DNA from: an uncultured Pseudomonadales bacterium
Lineage (GTDB): Bacteria; Pseudomonadota; Gammaproteobacteria; Pseudomonadales; Azotimanducaceae
Assembly: GCA_949372755.1 (NCBI GenBank)
Contig: CASIBO010000008.1
Location: 33,162-97,161, forward strand
DNA: 64,000 bases
Reading direction: 5' to 3'
Positions 10,368-20,470 of the stretch are shown here, in pieces. Numbering within the stretch: position 1 is the stretch's first letter; each line of letters starts with the position of its first letter. Both the position numbers and the translations under genes were made by a program. Below the pieces are notes generated by a model. It did not search any database. It was given only the letters and a program-made list of their open reading frames with translations, and had not been told where the DNA came from.

Positions 10368-10563
10368 GATCGGTCTGTAAGCGCTTTTGAGGCCGCTTAT
10401 GAGCACCGCAAATCCTGACGGTATCGTGTGAGGTCATGCCAGCAAAGATTAGCCTAACCTGTGGACGCCCATCAACGGGGTGTGTTGCGCTCAGATTGCT
10501 GACTTGACCCTCTTTTGAAGGGTACGGCAGATGCCCTGAGTCGATGGCTTGGAGTCCTAAAAG

Positions 10564-10610
10564 CCCAGATATTGTGCTACACGACCTTTCTGAGCACAAG
10601 ATATAGTTGC
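10564..10610 (-). promoter_or_regulatory. putative pair of NrdR boxes upstream of nrdJab
   Basis: Two imperfect palindromes, CCCAGATATTGTGCTA and GCACAAGATATAGTTGC, resemble the NrdR consensus acaCwAtATaTwGtgt. Their centres are about 31 bp apart. An AT-rich stretch lies just upstream on the minus strand. Confidence 0.5.
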
Positions 10611-10752
10611 CCTGAAAATACATAAAATGCTAAAAAAAATCAAAAATAAGGGTCAGGTCTAGCGTAATTTAACCATAATCGACTGTTTACAGCGTGCCAT
10701 CTTTCGCGGGACACTCAATCAGAGCATCAATACAACCTTGGGATAAAACGCG

Positions 10753-11535
10753 ATGAATCAGTTGAAGACGAAAGTGGCTATTATTACCGGCGGCGGCAGT
10801 GGCATTGGCGCGGCAACTGCGGAACGTATTGCGGAACAAGGCGCCTCGGTGATGGTCACCGATATCAATGGTGATGCCGCGGAACAAACGGCGCGGGTAA
10901 TACAGCAGCGTGGGCAGTCTGCAAAAGCATTGGCCCAGGATGTGGCCGACCCTGCTGCTTGGGCGGCGGTGTTTACCAAGACCGCCAAAGCCTTCGGCCC
11001 AGTCAATGTCTTGGTCAATAATGCCGGCGTCAGCGGGGCCGGTCGGGATCGCTTTGAAGAGCCGGAAGGGCTTGATGCATGGCGGCAAATTATGAGTATC
11101 AATCTGGATGCTGTGAATTTGGGTTGCAGAATGGCGATTCAAGAGATGAAGGTGATGGGCGGCTCGATCGTCAATATTTCATCTGTCATGGGGTTGGTGG
11201 GGGGCGCGGGCCCAGCCTATAACGCCAGTAAAGGCGGCGTTCGGCTGCTGACTAAGTCGATTGCGAGCTATTGTGGACGGATGGGTTATCCGATTCGGTG
11301 CAACTCGGTGCATCCCGGTTATATTTGGACGCCAATGGTCCGTCAGATTGCTGAGGTTCATGAAGAGGTCGAAACCGAAGAGGCGTTACAGGAAATGTTA
11401 CTACTGCAGCACCCTATCGGCCGTTTGGGGGAGCCCGATGATATTGCCAACGGTATCCGGTTTTTAATCTCAGATGAGTCCAGCTTCATGACCGGTAGTG
11501 AGTTGGTCATCGATGGCGGCTATACCTGCGTTTAA
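10753..11535 (+). CDS. SDR family oxidoreductase
   Basis: TGGGSGIG cofactor motif, NNAG, and a YxxxK catalytic motif (YNASK). Confidence 0.85.
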   Translation: MNQLKTKVAIITGGGSGIGAATAERIAEQGASVMVTDINGDAAEQTARVIQQRGQSAKALAQDVADPAAWAAVFTKTAKAFGPVNVLVNNAGVSGAGRDRFEEPEGLDAWRQIMSINLDAVNLGCRMAIQEMKVMGGSIVNISSVMGLVGGAGPAYNASKGGVRLLTKSIASYCGRMGYPIRCNSVHPGYIWTPMVRQIAEVHEEVETEEALQEMLLLQHPIGRLGEPDDIANGIRFLISDESSFMTGSELVIDGGYTCV

Positions 11536-11710
11536 GCGACCTGCGTTTAGGCGGCGCCGTTTGACGAAGCGATAGCCTTTTAGCAAGCAGTATGGTTTCA
11601 TCCGAAGAAATCTTGGCGACGGCGATGCCGTAATGGCCTTAAGTCCTGCCTTGTCCAAGACAAAGGAGGGCTTTAAATCATAATCTTGAAAATGTGAATG
11701 GAGTTCGCGC

Positions 11711-13246
11711 ATGCACCTATCCCAGATAGCCTCACAAAACCCCGATAAGCCGGCCTATATTATGGCGGGCAGCGGCCAAACGGTGACCTATGAAGGGCTT
11801 GAGGCCGGATCAAACCAATTGGCGCAGCTGTTTCGGTCGTTAGGGCTCATGCGCGGTGATCACATTGCCATTCTCCTCGAGAATCATGCCTTGTTCCTGC
11901 AAATCTGTGTTGCTGCGCAACGTGCTGGAATCTATTACACCGCGATCAGCTACCGACTGCAGTCCGATGAAGTGGAATACATCGTGAATGATTGTGGCGC
12001 ACGGGTGTTCATTACCTCGATTGATCGTCGAGCAGTGGTTGAGCCTTTAATTGGCCGCCTAGAAAATTTGGATCAGTTTTTTATGCTCGATGGCGTGATT
12101 GCTGGGTTCGAGTCGTTAGAAGCAGCGATGCAGAACCAGTCCACTCAGATGATTGAGGACGAAAGTATCGGCACGTCTATGCTGTATTCTTCGGGAACAA
12201 CCGGGCGGCCCAAAGGGGTCTACCGCCAGTTACCTGAAGGCGTCTGGGGCGAAGAAGATGCCGGCGCGATGTTTCGAGCCCTGTACCAGGCCCAAGAAGA
12301 CAGCATCTATCTCACCCCGGCGCCGCTTTATCATGCGGCGCCTCTCACCTTTACCATGGCGTTCCTATTAGGGGGCATGACTTGTGTCGTGATGGAGCAT
12401 TTTGAAGCAAGTGCCGCTCTAGCAGCCATCGAAACCTACCGCGTGACACATTCCCAGTGGGTGCCGACCATGTTCATCCGGATGTTGAAGCTCGATGATG
12501 CTGAGCGCTTGAAATACGATGTGTCGAGTTTGGTGTGCGCAATCCATGCGGCAGCGCCGTGCCCGGTTCCAATAAAAGAACAAATGATCGAATGGTGGGG
12601 GCCGATTATCTACGAGTACTACGCCGGCTCAGAGGGCAATGGCTTTGTTGCCATCAATTCCGAAGAATGGTTGGCACATAAGGGTTCCGTTGGGCGCGGC
12701 CTGACGGCGGTTTTGCACATTTGCGATGATGCGGGCGATGAAGTGCCTGTTGGTCAGTCTGGCACCATTTACTTCGAAGGCGGTGGGGATTTTGAGTATC
12801 ACAATGATGCTGAGAAAACCGCTGAGTCCAGGCACCCGCAGGGTTGGTCAACCTTGGGAGACGTCGGGTATCTCGACGAAGAAGGCTTTCTGTATTTGAC
12901 CGACCGTAAAAGCTTCATGATCATCTCTGGCGGCGTCAATATTTACCCTCAGGAAACAGAAAACCTGTTGGTTACCCATCCGAAAGTAATGGATGTCGCG
13001 GTTTTTGGCGTGCCGAATGAGGAGTTTGGCGAAGAAGTGAAGGCCGTCGTTCAGCCTAAATCTTGGTCGGATGTAGGCCCTGAACTCGCCGCGGAGCTGA
13101 TGGAATTTTGCCGCGAGAATATCTCGCACATTAAATGCCCTCGATCCGTAGACTTTGAGCAAGAGCTGCCGCGTCATCCCACGGGCAAGCTCTATAAGCG
13201 CTTACTCAAAGATCGGTATTGGGCCGAGCACGGGAAAGCAATCTAA
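11711..13246 (+). CDS. AMP-dependent acyl-CoA synthetase/ligase
   Basis: AMP-binding motif YSSGTTGRPKGV, plus GDVGYLDEEGFLYLTDR and a C-terminal PRHPTGKL. Confidence 0.85.
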   Translation: MHLSQIASQNPDKPAYIMAGSGQTVTYEGLEAGSNQLAQLFRSLGLMRGDHIAILLENHALFLQICVAAQRAGIYYTAISYRLQSDEVEYIVNDCGARVFITSIDRRAVVEPLIGRLENLDQFFMLDGVIAGFESLEAAMQNQSTQMIEDESIGTSMLYSSGTTGRPKGVYRQLPEGVWGEEDAGAMFRALYQAQEDSIYLTPAPLYHAAPLTFTMAFLLGGMTCVVMEHFEASAALAAIETYRVTHSQWVPTMFIRMLKLDDAERLKYDVSSLVCAIHAAAPCPVPIKEQMIEWWGPIIYEYYAGSEGNGFVAINSEEWLAHKGSVGRGLTAVLHICDDAGDEVPVGQSGTIYFEGGGDFEYHNDAEKTAESRHPQGWSTLGDVGYLDEEGFLYLTDRKSFMIISGGVNIYPQETENLLVTHPKVMDVAVFGVPNEEFGEEVKAVVQPKSWSDVGPELAAELMEFCRENISHIKCPRSVDFEQELPRHPTGKLYKRLLKDRYWAEHGKAI

Positions 13247-13267
13247 GGCCAGGCAGGCGCCATCGCC

Positions 13268-14152
13268 TCAGCGGTTTTTGAGTAAGTTGGCCGGAGAGAA
13301 TTGGTCTGTCAGGATGGGGGCTGTCTGGTCCCAGTCTGCGCGCCTATTGAGGTATTTCGGAAAGCTCTCGATGGCAATACCGAACCGTGTCAGCGCCGGC
13401 GCTAAAGCGCGCGCATTGGTCTCGAGGGTTTCGCGGTCTGGCAGTCCTGCAGGCCGGGCAATGATGACCCGATTGCCACTAGCAGGCAGTTTAAAGTTAA
13501 AAAAATCTTTAAACACTGCTTTGTAAGTCTGTGATTCATAATCATAAAGTTGGGAAGAAGAGAAGGTGTTGGCTACCACGACGCCGCCCTCAGATAAGAG
13601 GGCGCGCGTTTCCGCCAGGAATTCTCGGGTCATCAGATGCTCAGGAATATACTCTCCGGTAAACGCATCCAGAATCACCAAATCGTACTTCGAGCCTAGT
13701 CGCGCCGCGCGCTTAATGAAGACCCGCGCATCTTGCACGGCAACATTAAGCTGATCGTTTGCTTTAAAATTGAAGAAGCCCTCAGCAACCCGAACAACGG
13801 CGGCATCGATTTCAACCACGTCGATTTGGGCCGTGGGATACAGCGCATTGAGCGCAGTCGGTAAAGTGCCTCCGCCTAAGCCAACGATGAGAATCGAGCT
13901 GGGATTGGGTTGCAGCAGCAGCCCGCCAAAGGTCATTCGGACATAGGAAAACACCACGCGATCCGGGTTCTCGGTATCAAAACAGGACTGTCGCCGATCG
14001 TCCCGGCGGACGGCGAACACCAAGCAGCGGTCATCGCCTTTTTGCTGGATTTCGATGTTTTGGTAGAGGGACTTCTCTCGATGAATAACCTCGCCCGTTG
14101 CGTTGCCCATACACAGCAGGCAGACAAGCGCGAAAACCCCGACGCGGCTCAT
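13268..14152 (-). CDS. spermidine-synthase-like methyltransferase-fold protein with signal peptide
   Basis: Starting at MSRVGVFALVCLLCMGNATG gives a signal peptide. SAM-fold motif ILIVGLGGG..VVEID..ILDAF. The start overlaps the upstream stop in an ATGA. Confidence 0.7.
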   Translation of the reverse strand: MSRVGVFALVCLLCMGNATGEVIHREKSLYQNIEIQQKGDDRCLVFAVRRDDRRQSCFDTENPDRVVFSYVRMTFGGLLLQPNPSSILIVGLGGGTLPTALNALYPTAQIDVVEIDAAVVRVAEGFFNFKANDQLNVAVQDARVFIKRAARLGSKYDLVILDAFTGEYIPEHLMTREFLAETRALLSEGGVVVANTFSSSQLYDYESQTYKAVFKDFFNFKLPASGNRVIIARPAGLPDRETLETNARALAPALTRFGIAIESFPKYLNRRADWDQTAPILTDQFSPANLLKNR

Positions 14153-14775
14153 GGGCGCCTTCGGTTGAAAGCGATGGCAAGGCTTCCTGCGAGCAACAAA
14201 ACCCCGACCATCGTGATCAAGATAGTATTCATGTCGAACCAAAGCACCAAGTAGAATGACGTCAGCAGAGTCCCTAGGGCGCTGCCGAGAGTCGATACGA
14301 AATACAAACCGCCCGCCACTTGCCCGCTGTGCCGGGTGTTATCGACCATCAATCGAACCGAATAGGGTGCGATCATGCCCAATAGCGCGGTTGGAATGAA
14401 AAACAAAAGGGTGGATGCCAGTAGCGAGCCATAGCGAGGGTCGTCAATCGCGGAAAAGACCGCATCCATGGCATTGTCAGCGAAAAAGACGATCGGCAAT
14501 AGGCCAATGGCCGCAAGTAAAAAAAACAAACCATACAGGCCAAGATTGGGTTGATTGATCGATAAGCGTCCGCCAATAAGGTATCCCATAGCCAGCGCCA
14601 CCATAAAGATGCTGATAATACTGCCCCAGACGTAAATGCTGCTGCCAAAGTAGGGCGCCAGGATACGACCGCCGAGTAGTTCCACCGACATAATGATAAA
14701 GCCACTGGTGAAGGCAAGCAGTAACACCAGCCAGCCAATGCGCTCTAGTTTTGTTTCTACCTGTTCGTCGGACAT
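14149..14775 (-). CDS. polytopic membrane protein (N-terminal module of the fused-MFS/spermidine-synthase family)
   Basis: About 208 aa counting from MSDEQVETKLERIGWLVLLL. It has multiple hydrophobic helices and is translationally coupled to the downstream synthase-like gene. Confidence 0.6.
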   Translation of the reverse strand: MSDEQVETKLERIGWLVLLLAFTSGFIIMSVELLGGRILAPYFGSSIYVWGSIISIFMVALAMGYLIGGRLSINQPNLGLYGLFFLLAAIGLLPIVFFADNAMDAVFSAIDDPRYGSLLASTLLFFIPTALLGMIAPYSVRLMVDNTRHSGQVAGGLYFVSTLGSALGTLLTSFYLVLWFDMNTILITMVGVLLLAGSLAIAFNRRRP

Positions 14776-14857
14776 ACCGCATACCACCTTGTCTTTTCCA
14801 CAGTATAACCGCTCGGCAAAATGGCGCCAGCAAGCCGACGCACCGCGCGGGCAATCT

Positions 14858-16669
14858 ATGGCATACTGGCGCGGCAAAACCCTAGGACAATCCGCTTTGA
14901 AAGCTCTGCTACGCCTCGTACCCTACGTTGCCCGATATCGATGGCAGGTTGTGGTTGGGTTCGTGGGGTTCTTTTTAGCGCGCTTTTTCGAAGTGAGCAC
15001 CTATTACGGGGTGGCGCTCGGGATCGATGCCATTGGCGCCCTTGTTCAAGAAGAGTCGCTACCGTTTGGTCTTGAAATATGGGAAATCGTTGTCGGCATT
15101 GTCAGCGCGGTTGTCCTGCGATTTATCTTTGTCTCGCGGGCGAGGCGGGCCTTCCGGCTCGTGGGGCAGAAGGTGTCCTTTGATCTGCGTGAGCAACTCT
15201 TCGCCAGCGTTTTGGTTCAAGGGCCTGCGTTTTTTGGGCGTATTGGGGTCGGAGATTTGATGACCCGTGCGATCCAAGATATTTCGCTAGTCCAACGCCT
15301 AATTGCCTTCGGTTTAATCCAAGTCGTCATCATGGTGTATGCGCCGCTGTTTGGTATGACGGCGATGCTGTTCAAGTCAGTGAGCCTGACGGTACTGATC
15401 TTGCCGCTTCTACCGATACTATATTTCTACGCGCAGTACGTCGCGACGCAAATGGCCGAGTCTTCCCAGCAAGTGCAGGAATCCTTGTCCATGCTCGCAG
15501 CCCACACCCAAGAAAACCTGAGCGGTATTCGGACGGTCCAGGCTCAAGCCCAAGAAGAAAACGAAATCAAACGATTCTTTAAAACCAACAATCAATACGC
15601 GTCGGCATTTTATGAGCAAGCCCGAATCAATTCGCTGATGACGGCCTGGACACCTTGGCTCACGGCGCTAGCGCAGCTGGCGATCATTGTTTACGGCGGC
15701 AATCTCGTGCTGACCGGAGCCCTGAGTGTGGGCGACCTGATCTTTTTCCTCGCCTGCTTGAACATGTTGTTACAGCCGATTCGAATGGCCGGGTTTTTTA
15801 TCACGATGGTGGCTCGCGCAAAGGTTGGCGTCGAACGCCTGTGTGAGGTCTTCGATGCGCCGCCCGAGATCATTGACCGCCCAACGGGGGAGGCGCCGGC
15901 TTTGATCCGCGGTGCATTTGTGTTTAAGCAGGCGTCTTTTACCTATCCTGGCGCTGTTGTGCCGGCCCTGAGCGATTTGAACTTCAGTATTGAGCGCGGC
16001 GAGTCCATTGGCATTGTAGGGCGGGTGGGCTCGGGTAAATCGACGCTGCTCAAACTGTGTACTCGGTTGCTTGAGCTCAATGAGGGCTCGGTTGAGCTGG
16101 ATGGCGTTCCGATTGATAGTTATGCACTGGCGCAACTGCGATCTCAGATTGCCCAGGTCCTGCAGGACCCTTTTCTGTTTGGCGAAGCCCTGGCGGCAAA
16201 TATCAGCTACGACGACCCAGAGCGGGCCCTAGACTTGATTTGGGATGCCGCCGATGCTGCCGCCTTGCGAGAGACCGTCCTGACCTTCCCGGAGCAAATG
16301 AGCACTTTGGTGGGTGAGCGGGGGGTTACGCTCAGCGGCGGCCAAAAACAACGCACGACGCTGGCCCGCGGGTTGATTCGTAATGCCCCGGTCCTGATTT
16401 TGGACGATTGCTTTAGCGCGGTGGATACCGAAACAGAAGAACATATCTTGAGTCGGTTAAAGCGTTTGCGCGCGGGTAAGACCACCATTTTAGTCAGTCA
16501 TCGGGTCTCAACACTGCGGCATACCGATCGCATTTTGGTGCTGGAAGGCGGTTGTCTGATGGAATCGGGCTCGCATGATGCCTTACTGGCCAAGGGCGGG
16601 CTGTACGCCGAACTCGAGCGGCTGCAGACCCAAGGTCAGCGGGCAGATTATGAGCCGGAGCTGGTTTGA
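14858..16669 (+). CDS. ABC transporter permease/ATPase (exporter half-transporter)
   Basis: Six-TM region followed by Walker A GRVGSGKST, the LSGGQKQR signature, and Walker B ILDD. I chose the MAYWRGK start to avoid overlapping the divergent gene. Confidence 0.85.
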   Translation: MAYWRGKTLGQSALKALLRLVPYVARYRWQVVVGFVGFFLARFFEVSTYYGVALGIDAIGALVQEESLPFGLEIWEIVVGIVSAVVLRFIFVSRARRAFRLVGQKVSFDLREQLFASVLVQGPAFFGRIGVGDLMTRAIQDISLVQRLIAFGLIQVVIMVYAPLFGMTAMLFKSVSLTVLILPLLPILYFYAQYVATQMAESSQQVQESLSMLAAHTQENLSGIRTVQAQAQEENEIKRFFKTNNQYASAFYEQARINSLMTAWTPWLTALAQLAIIVYGGNLVLTGALSVGDLIFFLACLNMLLQPIRMAGFFITMVARAKVGVERLCEVFDAPPEIIDRPTGEAPALIRGAFVFKQASFTYPGAVVPALSDLNFSIERGESIGIVGRVGSGKSTLLKLCTRLLELNEGSVELDGVPIDSYALAQLRSQIAQVLQDPFLFGEALAANISYDDPERALDLIWDAADAAALRETVLTFPEQMSTLVGERGVTLSGGQKQRTTLARGLIRNAPVLILDDCFSAVDTETEEHILSRLKRLRAGKTTILVSHRVSTLRHTDRILVLEGGCLMESGSHDALLAKGGLYAELERLQTQGQRADYEPELV

Positions 16670-18597
16670 TGAATCAAGCGAGCCCGCCGAATACGGATCC
16701 CAAAAAAGGCGACAAGCCCGACCGCGATCACGCCATGTTCGATGCCGAACTTTCGGGCAATGTACTGAACTTTCAGTTACTAAAGCGTGTGCTCACCTGG
16801 CTTGTGCCCTACCGGTTAAGCCTTTGGGTGAGCGGCGCATTGGTTTTGGTGGCGAGCTTTGCGGCTGTTTTGATGGAGGTCGTGATCAGCCGGGTGCTGG
16901 TGGATTACATCATCGTCGGCGACGCAGACAGCCCCATGCCGGACCTTGGCCTTATTGCCTTAACCCAACAATTGGAGGCAACCTTTGGCTTGCCTGCACT
17001 GTACGTGGCCGGTGGTTTGTTCTTCGCTTTGATGTCAATTGTTGCCCTGCTGGGGCACTGGCACCGGTTAACGCTCATCGACGCCATCGTGAAAGCGCTT
17101 CGGGATCTGCGGCAGGATCTGTTCGCGCACTTGGAGTCTCGGCCCAGTTCGTTTTTCGATCGGGTGCCTGTCGGGCGGATCATGACCCGGGTGACCAATG
17201 ATGTTGAGGCGCTCTACGAAATGCTCCGGGGTCTTGGCAGCTTGGTCGGTGAGTTTGTGCCGTTCTTTGTGGCACTCACAATCATGTTGTCGACCAGTGT
17301 CGAGCTGACGCTTATTTTGTTGTTATTGGTGCCCGTTGTGGGCTCGGCCACCTACTTTTTTCGCCAAGCCTCGCGCGAGATTTTTCGACAAGTTCGAAAC
17401 AGCGTCAGCGGGCTCAACCAATTTCTGCAAGAAAACCTTTCGGGGATGCAGGTGGTGCAACTCAGTCAGCGTCAGGACCAGAATCGAGCGGCTTATACCA
17501 AAATTAATCGCCTCAATTTAGAGCAAGAAAATCGCTCGATTAATTTAACCACCTACTATGGCGCGTTCAACGACTCGCTGGCTTCCATAGGCCTCGGCAT
17601 CATCATCTACTATGGCGGCGGGTCGGTAGTGCAATCGGAAATGTCTCTTGGTGGCGTGATTTTGTTCACGCGGTTTATGAACATGTTGTTCACACCGGTG
17701 GTTTTATTGGGTGAGCAGCTGAACGTCTTGTTTCGCGCAATGGCCAGTGGCGAGCGCATTTTTCAAGCTTTGGATTGGGATGAACAAATCCGCGAACCCA
17801 GTCAGCCAGCGACGTTGCCCGAGCGTCTCGAGGGACGGGTCGAGTTTAAAGGACTATCTTTTGGTTACACGAAAGACACGCAGGTATTAGACAATGTGAG
17901 TGTGTTAATTGAGCCGGGTAAAAAATTGGCCATTGTGGGGCCGACGGGTTCAGGCAAAAGCACGATGATTCGATTGCTGGGCCGTTTTTATGATTTCCCG
18001 GATGGCATGATTTTTCTCGATGGAATTGACTTGCAACACATCCCATCAAGGTTAGTCCGGCGCAGGATTGGCGTCGTGCTGCAAGATTTTCACATCTTCT
18101 CCGGCACGATTTTAGACAACATTACGTTGTCCGATCCCTTGATCACGCGAGCGCGGGCAATAGAGGCCGCCAAGACGGTTAATGCCCATCATTTTATAGA
18201 GGCGCTGCCGCAAGGTTATGACGCGCCCTTGGTTGAACGCGGCGCCAATCTGTCGCAAGGTCAGCGCCAGTTATTGGCGTTTGCGCGGGTGCTCGCAGCC
18301 GATCCGGAAATTTTGATTTTGGATGAAGCCACCGCCAGTATCGATACCGAGACCGAGCAGTTGATTCAAGAGGGCTTGCAGCGCTTGATGCAAGGCCGAA
18401 CCAGCATTTTAATCGCCCATCGCCTACAGACCATCCAAGAGGCCGATCATGTGATGGTGCTCGAGCTTGGAAAAGTTCGAGAATACGGCACGCATCAAGC
18501 CTTAATCGCGCAGGGTGGTCTGTATAAGACACTGCATGATCTCCAGTTTCAGGAACTCTCAACCGACGCTACAGCCCCCGTTCTTGCGCCTGAGTAA
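16666..18597 (+). CDS. ABC transporter permease/ATPase (second half-transporter of a heterodimer)
   Basis: Walker A GPTGSGKST, LSQGQRQL and ILDEATAS. ATGA overlap with the upstream ABC gene. Confidence 0.88.
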   Translation: MMNQASPPNTDPKKGDKPDRDHAMFDAELSGNVLNFQLLKRVLTWLVPYRLSLWVSGALVLVASFAAVLMEVVISRVLVDYIIVGDADSPMPDLGLIALTQQLEATFGLPALYVAGGLFFALMSIVALLGHWHRLTLIDAIVKALRDLRQDLFAHLESRPSSFFDRVPVGRIMTRVTNDVEALYEMLRGLGSLVGEFVPFFVALTIMLSTSVELTLILLLLVPVVGSATYFFRQASREIFRQVRNSVSGLNQFLQENLSGMQVVQLSQRQDQNRAAYTKINRLNLEQENRSINLTTYYGAFNDSLASIGLGIIIYYGGGSVVQSEMSLGGVILFTRFMNMLFTPVVLLGEQLNVLFRAMASGERIFQALDWDEQIREPSQPATLPERLEGRVEFKGLSFGYTKDTQVLDNVSVLIEPGKKLAIVGPTGSGKSTMIRLLGRFYDFPDGMIFLDGIDLQHIPSRLVRRRIGVVLQDFHIFSGTILDNITLSDPLITRARAIEAAKTVNAHHFIEALPQGYDAPLVERGANLSQGQRQLLAFARVLAADPEILILDEATASIDTETEQLIQEGLQRLMQGRTSILIAHRLQTIQEADHVMVLELGKVREYGTHQALIAQGGLYKTLHDLQFQELSTDATAPVLAPE

Positions 18598-19525
18598 TTG
18601 CCAGCCACGGCGCCATCACCACAAAGCCTCGAGACGTCTCAACGCCATTGTCGTCCAGCATCGCGATGTGATGCGCGTACTGCTCCCGGCTAGTCGATAG
18701 GGCCGCCATGCAATCGGTGGCGGTTAACCGCTGATCGACCGGGACCGGTTGCAGTACGCTCAACCAGTCTCGTTTGCTCAGCGGCCGAAACCACTGGGGG
18801 CCATCTTCAAACCGTTCGATAAAGTCTGCGTCCGTTAACCACCAACCTCGAAGATGATCGGCAGTGATGGCCTCTGGGTAACGCCAGTGCGCATCCAGCC
18901 AAGCCGTGAAAGGATGAAAAAGCCGGCCCTTTACGACCCCTTTGACCTCAGCATTTGATGTCCCAAATTGGGTTTTGAGCAAACTTTGGCCTGCGGGTGT
19001 CGTGGTCAAAGCCATTTGATGACTGAGCAATCGTTGCAGCTTAAGATCCAGTCGGTCGGTTGGATTGGGGCCGAACCAAGCGCTTTCTCGGGTGGTATCC
19101 CCAGTGCCAAGATAAAACTTTACCGCCAGTTCCCAATGCTCGAGGGTGTTTTCATGGCGAACAATGAGGTCAAATTCTCCGAGGGTCGTGGCCGGCCCCT
19201 GGACTTGGAGGTTACTGGCAAGCAACTCATATCCCTTTAAATGCGCGAGCGCGCATTGCCAGAGTCGTTCGAACTGAATCCCCAGCCGGAAACGTTGCCA
19301 GTCGGTTGGCGCCGGCCAGGCCAGCGGTGCTTTTTCAAAGACAAGCGCTGTGAAAAAATGTTGTTCTGGAAAGCCCTGGTTGGGCAACGCGATCAGTGGT
19401 GGACTATAAACACACCAATGGCCATCCCGCTGGAGCGGGTGGTGGTCGGGATTTTCCATTGAAGGGATTGTCATATTTAACCGTGCACTGGGGGCGTTGA
19501 AGGCAAGCTGTGTATTATACTGCAC
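18569..19525 (-). CDS. DUF1853 family protein
   Basis: GEFDLIV....EHWELAVKFYLG motif. The start is ambiguous: GTG at 19525 or ATG at 19474. Confidence 0.65.
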   Translation of the reverse strand: MQYNTQLAFNAPSARLNMTIPSMENPDHHPLQRDGHWCVYSPPLIALPNQGFPEQHFFTALVFEKAPLAWPAPTDWQRFRLGIQFERLWQCALAHLKGYELLASNLQVQGPATTLGEFDLIVRHENTLEHWELAVKFYLGTGDTTRESAWFGPNPTDRLDLKLQRLLSHQMALTTTPAGQSLLKTQFGTSNAEVKGVVKGRLFHPFTAWLDAHWRYPEAITADHLRGWWLTDADFIERFEDGPQWFRPLSKRDWLSVLQPVPVDQRLTATDCMAALSTSREQYAHHIAMLDDNGVETSRGFVVMAPWLAITQAQERGL

Positions 19526-19552
19526 AACCTCCTGCAGTTTTATTGATAGAGA

Positions 19553-20470
19553 GTGACTATGAGCTTTAGAGCGACGTTGATCAATTTTCTCCTCCGCCGA
19601 ACCCTAAAAAAAATGCTGATCCAGCAGGGGGCGGACATTCCGGTCTTGCGTCACCGCCTTGGCGCCAGTGAGCGCGCCACCGGCAAGCCCCGTGTCGGGG
19701 TTCAGGTCGAGATGATTGACCTCGACGGACTGTGCCTTCAAAAAGTCGTTCATGATGCCTGCACCTCGCAGCAGGCGGTATTGTATTTTCATGGCGGGGG
19801 TTACGTGCTGGCGGGTTCAGCCGGGCACATTGCACTTGCGGGACGATTGTCAGAGCTTGCTGGCGTTGCCGTTTACTTGGTCGATTATCGGTTGGCCCCG
19901 GAGCATCCTTTCCCAGCCGCTGTTGACGATGCGCTTAAGGCGTATCAAGGATTACTGGATCGGGGTTATGAGGCCAGCAACCTGATCGTCGCGGGCGACT
20001 CCGCGGGCGGAGGTTTGGCAGCAGCAACCTTGTTGAACCTCAAGAACCTAGGGTACGCCCAGCCTGCTGCGGCACTTCTGCTATCACCTTGGCTCGACCT
20101 GTCGCTCAGTGGCGACAGCATGACCCGCAACGACGATAAAGATGTGATGCTATCGACGGCGGTACTGACAGCATGGGCCAACGCTTATTTAGACGGCCGG
20201 GATTCACTGGCGCCCTTAGCATCACCGATCTATGGTGATCTGGCAGGGCTGGCGCCCATCCTCGTACACGTTGGGAGTACCGAAGTCCTGCGGTCCGATT
20301 CTGAGGATTTTGTGGATCGAGTGATTGAGCAGGGCGGTTCTGCCGTCTTAAAGGTCTGGGATGACTTGCCGCACGTGTTCCAAGTCCTGCTCGGACGGGT
20401 CCCGGAAGCAGAGGAATCTGTTGCGTTGCTTGCCCAATATTGTGTTCAGCAGCTCAAGCCCAAAACGTGA
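19553..20470 (+). CDS. alpha/beta hydrolase, HSL-type esterase/lipase
   Basis: Oxyanion-hole motif HGGGY and nucleophile elbow GDSAGG. Confidence 0.85.
   Translation: MTMSFRATLINFLLRRTLKKMLIQQGADIPVLRHRLGASERATGKPRVGVQVEMIDLDGLCLQKVVHDACTSQQAVLYFHGGGYVLAGSAGHIALAGRLSELAGVAVYLVDYRLAPEHPFPAAVDDALKAYQGLLDRGYEASNLIVAGDSAGGGLAAATLLNLKNLGYAQPAAALLLSPWLDLSLSGDSMTRNDDKDVMLSTAVLTAWANAYLDGRDSLAPLASPIYGDLAGLAPILVHVGSTEVLRSDSEDFVDRVIEQGGSAVLKVWDDLPHVFQVLLGRVPEAEESVALLAQYCVQQLKPKT

Noticed and set aside
10175-10620. Possible cobalamin riboswitch in the long leader of the B12-dependent RNR.
   Set aside because: I could not find the conserved B12-box (GCCACTG-type core) or the GGTG.AA.TCC-type elements on the transcribed strand. 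A B12-dependent enzyme is also not the usual target of B12-off riboswitches. An Infernal scan would settle the question.
10312-10623. 103-aa ORF on the minus strand in the nrdJ leader.
   Set aside because: It has no RBS and no recognisable family. It spans the NrdR-like boxes and the tandem repeats, so it is more likely untranslated leader.
13268-14877. Frameshifted pseudogene of a fused MFS/spermidine synthase.
   Set aside because: The two frames meet in a clean ATGA stop/start overlap, and the downstream product begins with a plausible signal peptide. I therefore treat them as two coupled genes, kept as a low-interest finding.
16575-17201. 208-aa Arg/Gly-rich ORF spanning the junction of the two ABC genes.
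   Set aside because: It is an off-frame shadow of two well-supported ABC transporter genes and has an atypical composition.
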